Source of the DNA: Phyllosticta citribraziliensis
Lineage: Eukaryota
Assembly (NCBI RefSeq): GCF_038025025.1
Contig: NW_027117346.1
Span: forward strand, 1,674,001-1,738,000
DNA: 64,000 nt
Direction: 5' to 3'
The notes below the pieces were generated by a model. That model searched no databases. It was not told the origin of the DNA and was given only the letters and a program-made list of their open reading frames with translations. A program made the translations under genes and the position numbers. Of the stretch, positions 23,018-36,034 are shown piece after piece. Numbering within the stretch: position 1 is the stretch's first letter; each line of letters starts with the position of its first letter.

Positions 23018-24139
23018 TTAGCCTCTCGAACCAAGTGGCAGCTGGCGCTTACTTACCTCGTCCATGTGCCTCAACTTTCCTGTCCACCGCTCATCGTCAT
23101 CGTGCCGCGTGCGCAAAAGCTTGACCTGCCAATCTCCTGCTTTCTTCTCTTCGTCCGTTGCTGTCCGTCTCGTCAGACACGAGTGGCTCTGTCCAGCGCG
23201 CTCGCATCTCAGACAGTGCGGGTACCGATTCGACATGGGAAAGCCAGGCGTCGGTGTCCTGATTGGGCAGGAAAGGCCCTTTATTTCGCAGTTCAGGCAG
23301 TTGATGATGTGAATCTTACCCTTGGTCACTTTCTCTTTTAGAAATCGAGCCTCTTCTTCCGCGCTTCCGCCCTTTACGTTGCCTCCCGGGAATGCCACGA
23401 TTTTGGGCCGTCGTAGCGCTCTACGGCGCACAATCTGCTGTTGAAGCTCCTCGAGCTGCGCAGCCACCGCCCACTCGCGTCGCATTGTCTCAATCGTGGC
23501 GCGATGCTTGTCTGGAATCTGCTCGGCGGGCTTGCTGTGCAGGTCATCCCTGGTGACGCCATCGGCATCGAAAGTGATTCTCGTGGTGATGTGATCCGCA
23601 GAGACTGCCAGCGAGTCTTTGTGGCTGTTTGACTTGGTAGGAGTTGGAGGAAGCGAGGGGACTGGGCTCTCTGAATCGGACGGAGCATAGGGTCCCTGCT
23701 TGTAGTTCCTGTCGTAGCCGTGGAGGCTTCCCGCTTGAAGTCCAGCGATGAATCTGTCGCGAGCCACCTTCCTCGCGGGCGTTGTGAGAGCTAGAGGGCT
23801 GGCCTGAACCTTGCGTGAAACAGAGTCTGGCACAACGCTGGATGGAGGAGTACTGAGGAGCGGCGTTCCATTGTCATTGCTGATTGGCGATGTCTCCTCG
23901 AATTCGTCGGGCTTTTTGGTTCCTTTGATCGAGCAATTCTGCAGTGGCAAAATCAGGTCGTCCTCGTCCTCGAGCGCTGGCGAGTTCATGATACTGTTGC
24001 TGCGTTTGATCCGAACAAACGTGGTATCTTGATCAGCGTGGGGCCCGAGTTTAAAGCCATCGCTCGCGGCATGGTCGAAGGCGAAATCTTTGGTGAGACA
24101 TCGCTTTGTCTCTTTGTTCGCTGGTGTCCGAGTCGACAT
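23018..24139 (-). CDS. Hypothetical protein (373 aa) with a C-terminal Zn(II)2Cys6-like cysteine cluster
   Basis: Long ATG-initiated ORF with protein-like composition. C-x2-C-x6-C-x17-C-x2-C-x8-C at 23299-23177. Confidence 0.7.
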   Translation of the reverse strand: MSTRTPANKETKRCLTKDFAFDHAASDGFKLGPHADQDTTFVRIKRSNSIMNSPALEDEDDLILPLQNCSIKGTKKPDEFEETSPISNDNGTPLLSTPPSSVVPDSVSRKVQASPLALTTPARKVARDRFIAGLQAGSLHGYDRNYKQGPYAPSDSESPVPSLPPTPTKSNSHKDSLAVSADHITTRITFDADGVTRDDLHSKPAEQIPDKHRATIETMRREWAVAAQLEELQQQIVRRRALRRPKIVAFPGGNVKGGSAEEEARFLKEKVTKGKIHIINCLNCEIKGLSCPIRTPTPGFPMSNRYPHCLRCERAGQSHSCLTRRTATDEEKKAGDWQVKLLRTRHDDDERWTGKLRHMDEVSKRQLPLGSRG

Positions 24140-24591
24140 GTCTGCACGTGAATAGTTGGTAAGGCTCCAGTCAGGTCCGGTTGTTCTTTGTTGTAAAGGG
24201 ACTTTTTAAAAGGTGAGATCTCAACAGACCTCAATTCGGTCATGGGTACCGAAAAAAGCGCGCCAGGTTGGGAGTTTGGGAGATTGTGAGTCGACCAACC
24301 TGATTCGAGATAGCGCACCTCAGAACTTGGGGATACGACATGCGAGCCGTGGCGAAGCCCAGTAAAAAAGTTTTGGGAGATCGTAGGATTGCAAAGATGC
24401 TTGATGTTGGTGAACTCACGAGTGAACGTGAAGGCTGGATGGACAGTTGTGAAAGTGAAAGAAACCAATGGTGTAACCACGTGAAAAGACCTAGCTGGGG
24501 GCGATTACAAAATGCTTAGCAGTCTGTACCTGATTACCGACCGTAGCGGCGCTCAATTAATTACAAAGGGTATCTTGAGGGCAGGTTGACA

Positions 24592-27500
24592 TCAGAGAAC
24601 GAATCCCCCGACGCCGACGCAGTTCCACGGACGCAGAGCCTTGGTATCTTCGAGCTCAACGCACCACCACAGCACCTCCTTTGCCTTTTCTATTTGTCCC
24701 CCCTCTTCATAAGCGCGGGCCAACGCGAACCAGGCTTCTGAGTCGTCCCAACCACTTCCCAGTTTCGTCAGCGTTGAGAGCAATCCGTACGCTCGATCTC
24801 TGGCCGCCAAGCGATTCAGCTCTTCGGGACTCGGCGATTGGCCGCTTGGTCTCCTGGTCTCGTTTGTAGATGGCTGTATCCGCGAGGCGCCAGCGAACTC
24901 AACGGGCTCTGGCGGGATCTTTTGTGTATAAATGTCGAGTAAAATATTCGACAAGCCAATGACGCTGACAGAGTCGTCTGGATGATGCGACAGGGCCTTT
25001 TCAAAATGAGACGAAGCCTCATGAGGCTCGCCTTCAGCGTGCGCGATTTGACCGCGCTATGAATTGTTAGAGAACACTGCTATGAAAAAGATCGTGAAAC
25101 TTACGCAAGCGTGAATTTCGGCCCACAGCTCCTCGACACTTTTACCGCCACCCCAGCCTCTCTCAGAGAAGAATCTGGCGCTTGATGACTCTTGAGATAC
25201 CTCTTGTTCCAAGTTGTCTGCCAACTTGAAAGCCTCGTCGACGGCCCCCTTGGCGTCTTCAAAAAGCGCCGCGCGCGTATACAAGCCGGCGATGAACAGC
25301 CAGACATCTATGAGGAGCGAAGTGGTATGCCTGCGCTCTTGCAGCTTTGGGAATTGAGGCTCGATGAAAGAAAAGTACGGTCGGGGAAAGGGCGCCGGCA
25401 GACGGGTATCCTGTTGGGGAGGTTGGTCTTCATGTCCAGCCGGAGGTGGCTCGTTCTGGTGGGAGAGGTTGTGGGCCACTGAGCGGAGTGGTTGATCGTT
25501 GGAACTGCTGACGGATCCACGGAGCTTTCCGGAGGGTGCGCTTCCACGTCTGGTCGCTCCATCCGCGACAGAGTCGGTCTTCTCTGAGTTTTCTGCTGAG
25601 TCGGCCGTCTTAGCAACGCTTGAGCTCCTCTTTTTTAATTTGATGCTTCCGCTCTTTGACAGGAAGCTATGTCTCTCCAGAGGTTTGATCAAACTAGGAA
25701 AAGAACGATGTCCATTAGCCTTACCGGTGTCGTCTGTGACCTGAATTGCCGGTGCCGCGGTCCCGTCGGTCACGATGGTCGAAGGCCTGGAAGAGCTCCT
25801 CCGGCTGGCTGGTGGTACGGACGTGCTACGTCCTCCCTGGTTGGTGTTTTTCCTCCGTCCAAACATGGAAACCCTCGTCGTTGAATGGTTATGGGGCAGA
25901 GCTTCAGAAGAACCCAAAGCAACTTTTTGCTGACCGCTAGAAGGGTCGCCGAAAAGTCTTTTGTAAAGGGCCAAAAGCTCCATGCTGGCGTCAACCGCTG
26001 CAGTCGTTCCTTCAAGAACCTCCAACAGCTTGAGCTGAGTAAACTTTACCTGCAAAACACCCTCCTTCTCAAAAGCTTCCATACGGTCAACCAGCCCGAG
26101 GTTTGCCTTGGCTTGGTGGCCGGATATTCCCGCGCCGCTATCATTAAGGTGCTCACTCCGGAAAGCGTCGGGTGCCCCAAACAGGACTGATGGGTCGTTG
26201 AATTGCTCAAAAGCGGCTTCCGCTGTTCTTTCAGCCGTCGCAAAATCGGACTTCGCTGTGAGGAGCAGAGCAAGGAGATGCCAAAGAGGAATCAGCTTTC
26301 TTTCGCGAATGTACTCTGCCTCTTCATCTCCCGCATCTTCGCTCAAAACGCCGTCCGGCGTCCTCAGGCCGTCGGGCTGCGAATACGTCGATAAAGCACG
26401 CTTTACAATCTTGATTGCACCATTGATGTCCCGCATCTCGGAAAGGAGCAGCCCAAGGGCGTACTGAGTTTCCAGATTATTTGGGTCTTCATACTCGGGG
26501 CTAAGCGCCCGGCGAAGCGCAAGAGCCGCTTGCGTTTGAAGCGTTGACCTCGCAGTCGCTTCGTACGTGAGCCTGGCCCAATGAGCACGACTGATACCTA
26601 TCGCGCGGTGGGCAATGGCAAGAACTCGTGGTGAGATTGAACTCTCCGTGGGCCTTTCTTTTTCCGTTTCAGAGCTGTTCGTTTTGGCCGTCCCTGGTCT
26701 CGATGCAGGCGTGTGTTGTTTCAGCCACTTCTCAATCTGCTCTCCCACCTTCTTGGCCTTTTCGGCCTCGTTGAATGAACCAAATCGACAGAGAATCCTG
26801 ATGGCTTCAGACGCAGTCCTAAGCACAATGTCGTTGTCGTCGAGTCCCGGATCTTCTTCTCCGGTTTTCTCCGCACGGTCTTTGCCGCGGCTAATGATTT
26901 CGACGTAGGAGTCGAATGCCTTGAAGGCCAAATCAAACTCAGCTAGGGAAGCATGTACAATGAACAAGTGACGAAGTATGCTGGTCGAATGGTACGACTT
27001 TGTGGCAGCCCTGTAAAGAATCTGAAATCTTGGTCAGCTCTTCAGTCTCCACAGAAATTGGAATCCCAAGCATACATCAAGAACGCATTTGCCTACTCCG
27101 GCCTTGCCTCCTTCACCAAGCTCGTCATCCGTCCAGGTAGGTCCACACAGCACACGCCAATTGCGCATCACGGACTCGGCCCATGAGTCAATCTCCTCGT
27201 TGTTCTCACTTGCTTTCGGGAACAGCTTTTCCTTGAGCAAAAGAGCTTCATAGACGGACTCGGCCAATCTCAACTCTGAGCGTTGATGCAACTTCGCGGA
27301 GATGTACTGTTCTTCGGAGGCATGTTCTGCGTCATCCCTCATAAGTGGGTCCGCTGGATCTGAAGAGCCCGTATACAGAGTGCGACGTCTTAGGATGACG
27401 GACAGGGAGCCATAGTAAGCCTTCCATACCGCACGTCGCATGTTGGGTGGGTCGCTCCCGTCGAGACCACCAAACAGAGCCTTGCCATTGTCGGTGACGC

Positions 27501-28346
27501 GCGACCACAGACGGAAGGTTTGGATAGACTGATTGAATTCTTCTACTCTGGCGCCAGGCCGGGAGATGTCTTGGTAGATGCAGAGGTGGGCTAGCAGAGC
27601 TTCCGACCAACACTTCAGCTGCGGCGAAGCAGAGCTGAGAATATTCTGCGAAAGGAATCGAAAGACCGATTTGTAGGACTGCGTCGCTTCGGCCGTGGAT
27701 CCTAAAGTTTTTTGGGCGGAACCTGACATGGTCAGCTTTTGAGGATAAAATGGCCTGAGCCCGTTCTTACCCTTCAAATATGCCCCCTTGATAATGCAAA
27801 CCTGGGTCCATCCAGTCAAGGACTCATCCCCAGTATTCAATTCGGCTATCTTGTCTTCGAAATTGGCAGGAAGCCTCGATAATGTAAGGTCGGGCTCATC
27901 CAAGACTGAGTGTATCCATGCCAAGCATACAGCCGCCGCAAACACGTCCTGCTTGTGTGTCGTCTCTGCGCCTAGAGCGGCGGCCAACGGGTCTATCAAA
28001 GTTCGCAAATCGGGCGGAGGAGGAGTCGCTGCGGTCGGAGAAGGGGGAGGAGCATATTGTGCTTTGTAGTGTGCGGCGACGTGGGCCTCTGCTCTGGCAG
28101 TGGTGTACAAGCCTTACGGTGCGGTCAGGTATGTGCGCAGTATTCTAGGGGAGAGCAATGGCGTACAAGTTCGATGAGGCGCATGCTTTTCGATTTTCCT
28201 GGCAAGCTCAGGGACATCGCCCCAGCGAGCATTGCAGCGGGCGTCGTCGAGCTGGGCAATGTATCCATTCGCCTTTGCGTTGTCCTGCAAGCGGGCATCA
28301 GTACGAGCAGAGGTGACGTAGCAGGGGGAGGGAGGAATACAGGCAT
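24592..28346 (-). CDS. YPP1: Ypp1/TTC7-like TPR protein (fungal 'filamentation protein Rhf1' type). Predicted complement(join(24592..25056,25105..27021,27076..27722,27771..28112,28167..28284,28341..28346))
   Basis: YI.QLDDARC..RW.DVPEL.RK..KHAP.R, LYRAATKSYHS..ILRHLF.VH.SL.EFDLAFKAFDSY, ERKLIPLWHLLALLL, ARDRAYGLLSTLTKLGSGWD.SEAWFALARAYE, LWWCVELED. Five introns with consistent phases. Confidence 0.85.
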
Positions 28347-28681
28347 GATTGAGCAGCCCGCGCAGCGACCTAGAGATGCTCAAGAAGTTATTATGCGAGG
28401 GCCATGACGGTCGGGTGAGGATCAGCCCTACGAAACAACCGAGTTGAACCAAGAACGGTTTGGGGGAAGGCGATGCGACGGTAGGGTGGATGGTGGAGCT
28501 GCAGCGAAACTGACGGGGCTTGGGGACCGAAAGGGACCTCCGCGGCGACGGGCAGGGATGCGCCCGGGCGCCAGGCCATGGTCGGCGCGTCCGCCAATCG
28601 CCGCGTTCCCGCCGCCGCCGCCGCCAGGGCAGCTTTTTTCTACTCAACACCACAACAACGGCCATCGCAAACAACAAGACC

Positions 28682-31012
28682 ATGGCTCCCTCCAAGGACG
28701 CCTACGCGGCGAGCACGCTCAAGGCTGTGTCCTACCGCATCTCTTCCCTCCCGTCCAAACAGCTTCCTGCCGCCATTCCTCAAATCACAGCGCTGCTCGT
28801 CCCATGCAAACCCATCTTGTCCTCTTCTCACAACTCGACGGCCAAGGATGCCTCCGAATCCTCGGTTCTGGTCCACAAGTTTAGGACCCAAATTTCAACC
28901 CTTCTCCAGGACAGATCGGCCGAGGGTCGCTGGTCCGCCGTGGTTCTCGCCAAAACAGCAATTGAACTTGGCGGTTGGGAGATGCTCCAAAAGTGCGGAC
29001 CGTGGGTTCGAGGACTGCTAGGCATCCTGTCCAAGCCTGATCCACCTACCACCAAGATTATGGCCATTGTCACTCTCACCAGAATCTTCATGCTCACGCG
29101 TGACTATCAGACGCTAGTCAGAGAGATCACGACGCCTTCGTTGACGCCATTCATAACGAGCTGCCTCAACATACTTGCAAAATCCTCACGCCTTGAGCCA
29201 GGGACTCCGCAGTTGGTCGAGACTACTCTTGAGAGCTTTGCGAGACTCCTGCCCCGTCATCCCACGACATTCCGCCCACACCTGGGTAAAATCAGCCGCT
29301 TCCTTGCTGATGTTGTGGCTTCAGCGTCTTCGACACAAGCAGCGCATTTGACAGATGACGGTCTTGTCGCAGCACGAAAGCTATTTGTGCAGCTTCCCTG
29401 CTGTGCTACAAAAGGAGCATCCAAAGAAGAATGGGAAAAATCCCTGCTCAATGTCGTGTCTGCTGCTCACCAAACAGCAAATAAGGTTTTCCGTGGTGTT
29501 CTCGAAGAGTGGGAGTCCGTCGCAGGGGTTCAAATATCAAACACGTCAAATCAAACCGCGGACCAAGCCTTAGCGGAACAGGATGCGCACGGGTTCACTG
29601 GATGGACGGGCATTTATGCTGGTGCCGACCGTCTTGTAGGCCTTCTCCGGTTGCTTGCAGAATTCACTACAACTCCGACCGCACCTGCTACGCCCGTCAG
29701 CTATCGCATCGCACACGTTATGGATTTGATCACAAGGCTGTTGGCTGTGACGGCTCCCGCCGCGAGAGGCAGGCAAGAAGGCGGTATGACATTTAATGAC
29801 CAGATCGGAAAAGAGGAGCGCAATGATTTGTGGACCATCTTACCCCAAATCCATGTTGCAGCAATCGGCCTCGCAGAAGCTTTGATTGAACGGTTTGGAC
29901 AGGCCATGACTCCTCTTATGGAGTTCCTCATCGAACGCCTTGTGTACTTGTTCCAAGAGGAACAGCTTCTCCCATCTGTTCGTGCTGCGGTGTACTCCAT
30001 CCTCACTCAAATGTTGCCTCTCATTGGACATGGTCTCCAAGGATTGCAAGTCAAGAGTTTGAACGTTGTTGCGCACGCTTGTTGCGACGATCTTCTCCCA
30101 CGCAAGAAATCAAAGTCCGTTGAGAACGCAGCTGTTGCTGCCAAAAACGGGAATAAGAATATTTCGCAGGGTTCCTTAAACGCGGACAGCTTTCTCAAAG
30201 CCCAACAACCTCTCGCGTTGGGAACGACTGTTCCTTGTGGCTTGCGAGATCATGCATCTGCGCTTCTCTCAACTTTAATCTTCCAACTACCAGCAGACTT
30301 GGTTGATCACGTTGTGCGCAGTCGCATGGACCAGGTTGCAGTCTTGACCAGACATGAGGAAGCTCTTATTTCGAGCTGCTTGAATGACTCCGTCAGCAAC
30401 AGTCCCAGCCTCTTGCCTCTCCTGGCAAGATTGTATTCGTCCAAACCAGCGGTTGAAGCACTTTTGAGGCCACGATTGCCTGTCATAAAAACAAACAGCG
30501 GCAGAAACCTCGATCACCAAGAGTTTGAAGAGGAAGACGAAAGCGAGGATGGTAGCGATTCGGAAAAGCAAGAGGTCGAAGAAAACGAGGATCATCAGGA
30601 AACGAAAGAGGACATGGAAGTCGACACTTCTCCGGTTCAGACCAAACCCGCTGAAGTGGAGCAGCCAAAGCCCCATGCTCCAGACTCGATTCAAGAAAAT
30701 GGGACAGACGCCATTGTTGGAAGCGCAGGTGTCAAACCCCTCGCTTTCCAAGACGGACCTGAGAAGCGACAGAGCGAAAATGTCGAAGCGCACGCTCCGT
30801 CCCCCAAACGGGCTCGAATTTCGAGTCCGCCGGAGGATTCGCCAAGTGAAAAGAGTCCTGTGCAAAGTGAGCAAACACGCGGGTCTTCATCTGCAGCCAT
30901 GGAACAGACGAACTACGAGACGGAAGAGCTTGAAGACGACGATGAAGACGTGGAAATTCCCTCTCTGGTGATGGGTGATGATGATGATGAGGAAGAAGAA
31001 GAAGAAGAATAA
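28682..31012 (+). CDS. RIX1: Pre-rRNA processing protein Rix1 (PELP1 family, rixosome subunit)
   Basis: VHKFRTQISTLLQDRS.EGRW.AVVL.K..IE.GGWE.L, WVRGLL.IL.KPDP, TLTRIF.LT.DYQTLVREITTPSL..F, EALLRPRLP. Acidic C-terminal tail. Confidence 0.88.
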   Translation: MAPSKDAYAASTLKAVSYRISSLPSKQLPAAIPQITALLVPCKPILSSSHNSTAKDASESSVLVHKFRTQISTLLQDRSAEGRWSAVVLAKTAIELGGWEMLQKCGPWVRGLLGILSKPDPPTTKIMAIVTLTRIFMLTRDYQTLVREITTPSLTPFITSCLNILAKSSRLEPGTPQLVETTLESFARLLPRHPTTFRPHLGKISRFLADVVASASSTQAAHLTDDGLVAARKLFVQLPCCATKGASKEEWEKSLLNVVSAAHQTANKVFRGVLEEWESVAGVQISNTSNQTADQALAEQDAHGFTGWTGIYAGADRLVGLLRLLAEFTTTPTAPATPVSYRIAHVMDLITRLLAVTAPAARGRQEGGMTFNDQIGKEERNDLWTILPQIHVAAIGLAEALIERFGQAMTPLMEFLIERLVYLFQEEQLLPSVRAAVYSILTQMLPLIGHGLQGLQVKSLNVVAHACCDDLLPRKKSKSVENAAVAAKNGNKNISQGSLNADSFLKAQQPLALGTTVPCGLRDHASALLSTLIFQLPADLVDHVVRSRMDQVAVLTRHEEALISSCLNDSVSNSPSLLPLLARLYSSKPAVEALLRPRLPVIKTNSGRNLDHQEFEEEDESEDGSDSEKQEVEENEDHQETKEDMEVDTSPVQTKPAEVEQPKPHAPDSIQENGTDAIVGSAGVKPLAFQDGPEKRQSENVEAHAPSPKRARISSPPEDSPSEKSPVQSEQTRGSSSAAMEQTNYETEELEDDDEDVEIPSLVMGDDDDEEEEEEE

Positions 31013-31942
31013 GTACAAGGCGATTGACCGCGGAAACTTGGAGATAGAAGAGTTCAAAATGAGTATCCACATCGCTTCCAACCGGACATTACGGATCCAT
31101 CGCCAAGTGTGCCGCGAACCATTGAATGTCTGGAGAAGCCGTTGCCTAGAAACGGCCACGGAATGGCGGGGTTCCTCGTGTTCCACTGAAGGACTGGTGG
31201 AGATGAGACAGCCGCGTGGGCCCTAAAAACAGCAACAGTAATTGCCGGCCAGCCTGGCAGAGATGACGAGCAGCTGGTGGTGTTGTGTTGCAGTCAGCGA
31301 TGACGCATCCGGGACCAAATACCGCGGACTTGCTCGCGCGAGTGGCTCGCTCAGAAACAACTGTCGCATGCTAATCTCGAACCGTCAGACCCTGTCTTTA
31401 AGCTGACATCAAGGCTTACTGCAACCGATCCAGCCCTGCGTCAACCGCCTCAGTTCCCCGATTCGGGCACCTGGACAGCTGCGCGGACGGCTGAGCGTCT
31501 CCGTCGCCTTGGTGCCTAGGGCCGTTGCGTGAGATTCTCGATGCAACATATGAAGCCGAATGCTTCCCATGTCCCAACGTGAAAGATACCGTATGGTTCT
31601 GAGTTGGGCCAGCAGAAGGGATGAGGTCATGATGGTCTAGACCTGGATCTTTGTTCCTTGCGTCACTGCAGCCGCCAACGCCATCCATTCTTCTTCAAGC
31701 GCCACTAGCCCGTAAGATTTTGGCATTGCCTCGTACTGACCTTTGACCTCTCCCAGTCTACCCGGACTCCAACCTGAAATCGCGTTTGGCTCCATCTTGT
31801 CCACGAAAGACCACGAACCCACGAACATCGAGAATGCGTCAACTTTGCGCGCATCTAGAGAACCGGATCATTCTCTGAAAGCGACGCTCGTTCCTGGCTC
31901 TGGATCAAACAAGTCGGCGCATTTGCCCTGCTTGCTTGCGGA

Positions 31943-34900
31943 ATGAACAATGGCGTCTCGGCAGAGGGTGTTGCCCACACCGAGGTTACAGAGACGAGCC
32001 ATAACAGTAGCTTGGCAGCCCTGGCTCTTACCGGCAAAGAAAAAGACTCGCATCCCACAATGAACACGCGCCAGGAAGATGGATCGGAAAAAGGTCAACC
32101 TGTTGTGGACGTGCTCAAGGCTGTTGGTCTTGTGGACTTCCTAGCCCTGGATCCAAGGCCTACCTTTATTCTCGACTTGGACATTACCGACAAACCTGGA
32201 TGCCTTCTTCAGCCTGTTTATTCCAACCGTGCCCTACAAGCCACGGTGGATGGCGATCTCATGTCCTTGGTGTCTGGAAAAGAGAATATGGAATCGCCAG
32301 GTGCATACTCTGTCAGACCGTACTCCAAATTCCGCAAGTGGATGTTCAACAAGAAGAAGGACCCAAAAGCGGAGACATTCGCGTACAGTGGGCTGCGGTG
32401 GACAAAAGTCATCATACAGGGTCGATGGAGCGTGATCAGCGCATTGGAACTGGACCGTCGCCCAACGATTCCGGACATTGTAACAACTGAAGTCTCTCCA
32501 TCCGTAAGCAGGGCAACAACACCTGGATCGAGGACTCCGAAGGAAGCCACCCATTTGAGAAGACCCAGCAATGTGCGAACACGCAGCCACGACGATATTC
32601 ATATTCTGCAACAGAGTTCGGGCTGGGCACATGTGCATGAGGACGCCATTTCTCGCCTATCGCGGCTATCTCACATACAGTCCGCAGGTCGAGACGGTAT
32701 TGCCGATTTTGTCAACGGATTCGATTGGACTGTGGACCCTCCATCAGGCAAAATGACCGAGTGGATGAACTTTGCGCGCTCCATTGATTGGAGCATGACC
32801 CCTCTCGGCCCAAGGCATTCCTGGTCGCCTCAACTTCGACTGATGGCCAATCTCATCTTGCGGGACACCAGACCAGCTGTGTTATTCTGGGGCCCAGAGG
32901 TCGTGATGATCTACAACGAACCGTACATCGAGCTTATCGGGGACCTTCATCCGTTCTCCATGGGACAGAGTGCGGCTGTGGCATTGAAGGATTACTGGGA
33001 CCATTTTACCCCATTTACAGCCCGGAACATTCTCGTTGGTGAGACTGTCCAGGAACACAACCTTCCAATCTTTCTAATGAGAAATGGCGTCCTGGAAGAA
33101 ACTTATTATTCCTTTTCGATGATACCGATTATAGGGGACCATGGGACTGTGGCTGGCCACTATGAGCCAGTGACAGAGACAACAAAACACGTAGTCTCCC
33201 AGAGAAGACTGGAAACACTCTTACTGCTCAGCGAAGAGACCTCGCGCGCTAGGACCCTGGATTCTTTTTGGCATCTCGTTCTCGGCGCTCTTTCGCATAA
33301 CGACAAGGACGTTCCATTCGCTTTGCTGTACGCGATGGAGGACGAGGACTCCAGCGACACCATGTCCATGTCAACAACTTCTTCGACGATGCCCAAACAG
33401 TGTGTACTCAAAGGCTCCTTGGGCGTACCTGACGGACATCCTGCTGCACCACACCGGCTAGACTTTCTCGCGGGCATGGATGGTTTCGTGCCCTTCTTTC
33501 GCGAAGCCATGAATTCGAGGGGGCCCACAGTGTTGGACTTGGGCGATGGAACCTTACCAAAGGGCATGCTCGATGGTATCCACTGGCGAGGCTTCGGACA
33601 TCCTTGCCAATACGGCGTCATTTGCCCGATCACCCCTACTACTACGAAGAACGTATTGGGATTCCTTGTGGTCGGCATCAACCCTCGGCGTCCGTACGAT
33701 GAAGATTATCAGAAGTTCATGAGCGTCACTAGCCGCCTACTGGCCACTTGTGGGGCATCTGTGGTGCTTCACGAGGAGGACATCCGCCAGCGAGAAAAGA
33801 TGATTACTCAAGCTGAGCTGATGAAGGCGAATCTTACCGAGCAGCTCATTGTCTCTCAAAAGGAAGCCGAACGGAACGAGAAGAAATTTCAACGCTTTGC
33901 AGAGAGAGCTGATGTGGGAATTTTCATTGTCGGCTCAGACGGCCGCTTCACGTACAGGAACAAGGCCTGGTTCAACGTTGCGCAGTTGTCCGAAGATCTC
34001 ATCGATTTTCGTGAGACCTGGCGAGAGCTCTGCCTCCCGGAAGACCAAGGCCGATGTGAAAAGCACTTTGCAAAGCTCATGACGGAGAAAGTCCAGGTGG
34101 TGATGGAGTTGCGACTGAAGAGGAGCTGGAAGCCTCCTCATGACACTCCAGACTTGGACAAAGATCATTGGAATCACAGCATGTGGATTTTGATATCCGC
34201 TTTCCCGGAGCTCAGCGACAGCGGCGAGGTCCAGGAGATTGTCGGTGCAGTCACGGATATTAGGTACGTAGGCCTCATTTCCTTGGGTATCGGTGCTAAT
34301 CTTGAACATCCAGCCGTCTCAAATGGGGAGAAGGCCTTCAGAAACAGCGGACAGACGATGCTTTGAGATCCAAGAGGCAGCTCGAAAGTTTCATTGATAC
34401 GACATCGCATGAGATGCGCAACCCACTGAGTGTAAGCCCGGAACCCAACATGGCTCATCGTAGCACTTCGCCTCTGTGGCTAACAGCACCAGGCAATCAT
34501 TCAATGCGCGGATAGCATCATCGAATCCCATCGCCACAAGATTAATTCGAATCAAGAGCTAGCTCCTCCATTCCTCCAGCTTCTCAGGGATGGTGTCGAA
34601 GCTGCTCAAACGATTGCCCAATGCAGTCAGCACATGAAATGCATTGTTGATGATGTCCTCACCATGTCCAAGCTCGATTCTGGTCTCTTGGTTATGACTC
34701 CAGTCGATGCACAGCCAGACTCGATAGGCCGGCACGCTGTCAAGATGTTTGAAGCCGAGGCAAAAGCTGCAGATATTGCCTTGAGATTTCGCACCGAACC
34801 CTCCTATCGCAATATTGTTGGAGCAGATTTCGTATCTCTCGATCCAACCAGACTCCTGCAAATCCTGATCAATCTGGTCACGAATGCGATCAAGTTCACG

Positions 34901-36034
34901 CGACTTGAATCAACCAGAAAAATCACAGTCTCAGTCGGAGCTGCGCTCGCTCGTCCCGTCTGCTATCCCAACGAAACGGATTCCAGCCTTCATACTGCTG
35001 CCGCTGAGGAAGCACCGAGCCTTCTTGCAGACTGGGCGCAAGACCCCAGCCAAATCCTCTTCATCAAGTATTCAGTAGAAGACACAGGCCGAGGATTATC
35101 GGAGGACGAAAAGGATCTTCTCTTTGCACGATTCAGCCAGGCCAGTCCCCGCACTCACATAAGCTACGGGGGCAGTGGCCTGGGTCTCTTCATTTCCCGA
35201 CGTCTCTCTGAGATGCATGGTGGTGCAATATGGTTTTCGAGCGAAAGCAAGCAAGGAAGCACGTTCTCCTTCTACATCAAGGCGAGGAGGAGCACGGACG
35301 TGCAAGATGGCCTTGAAGAAGCGACACAGCTGATTCCAGATCTAATGACGCCCTTGGCTGCCGAGAGCCCATCGTCAGAGTCCCCGCCCCGTAGGAAAGT
35401 AAGCGGGGGATCTTTCCAAGAAAACGAAAAAGCAGACGAGAGGAAGGCAAGACCGAAGCCCTTTAGGAGACCTTCTATGCAAAGAAGACTGTCGATAATT
35501 CCGCAAACCCCGGTGCACATCCTCCTGGTCGAAGACAACCTTATCAATCAGCGCGTTCTCGCAAACCAACTACGCAGCAAAGGCTGGGAAGTCTCGGTCG
35601 CCAACCATGGCGCTGAAGCGCTCGAGTTTCTTCGCCGTACAAAGTACTGCGCACACGCGCAAAACACGACGTCCTCAGCTCCAAGCCCCACCTCGGCGAC
35701 CTCTTCCCCCGCAACTACCGCAAATGACACGGCAAAGTCATCGTTCGACTCTTCCAAAGCCGAGCCCCCAATAAGCCTCGACCTAATTCTCATGGATTGG
35801 GAAATGCCCGTTATGGACGGTCTGACAGCCGTACGTGAAATACGTCGCCTGCAGCGAGAAGGCACCGTCAAAGGGCATGTGCCAGTCATAGCGGTCACGG
35901 CCAACGTAAGAGGGGAGCAGATAAACACGGCAATGGAAGCCGGCATGGACGACGTTGTGAGCAAACCGTTTCGAGTGCCCGAGTTGGCGAAAAAGATGAC
36001 AGAGCTGGTGTGCAAGATGGGCGGACATGGCTGA
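31943..36034 (+). CDS. Hybrid two-component histidine kinase (PAS-like/GAF-like sensors, HisKA, HATPase_c, REC). Predicted join(31943..34263,34314..34431,34493..36034)
   Basis: DWSMTPLGP..SW, H-box FIDTTSHEMRNPLS|AI, N-box NLVTNAIKFT, DTGRG, FARFSQAS, GGSGLGL. Receiver LLVEDN, LMDWEMP.MDG, TAN, SKPF. Two canonical introns restore frame. Confidence 0.95.
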
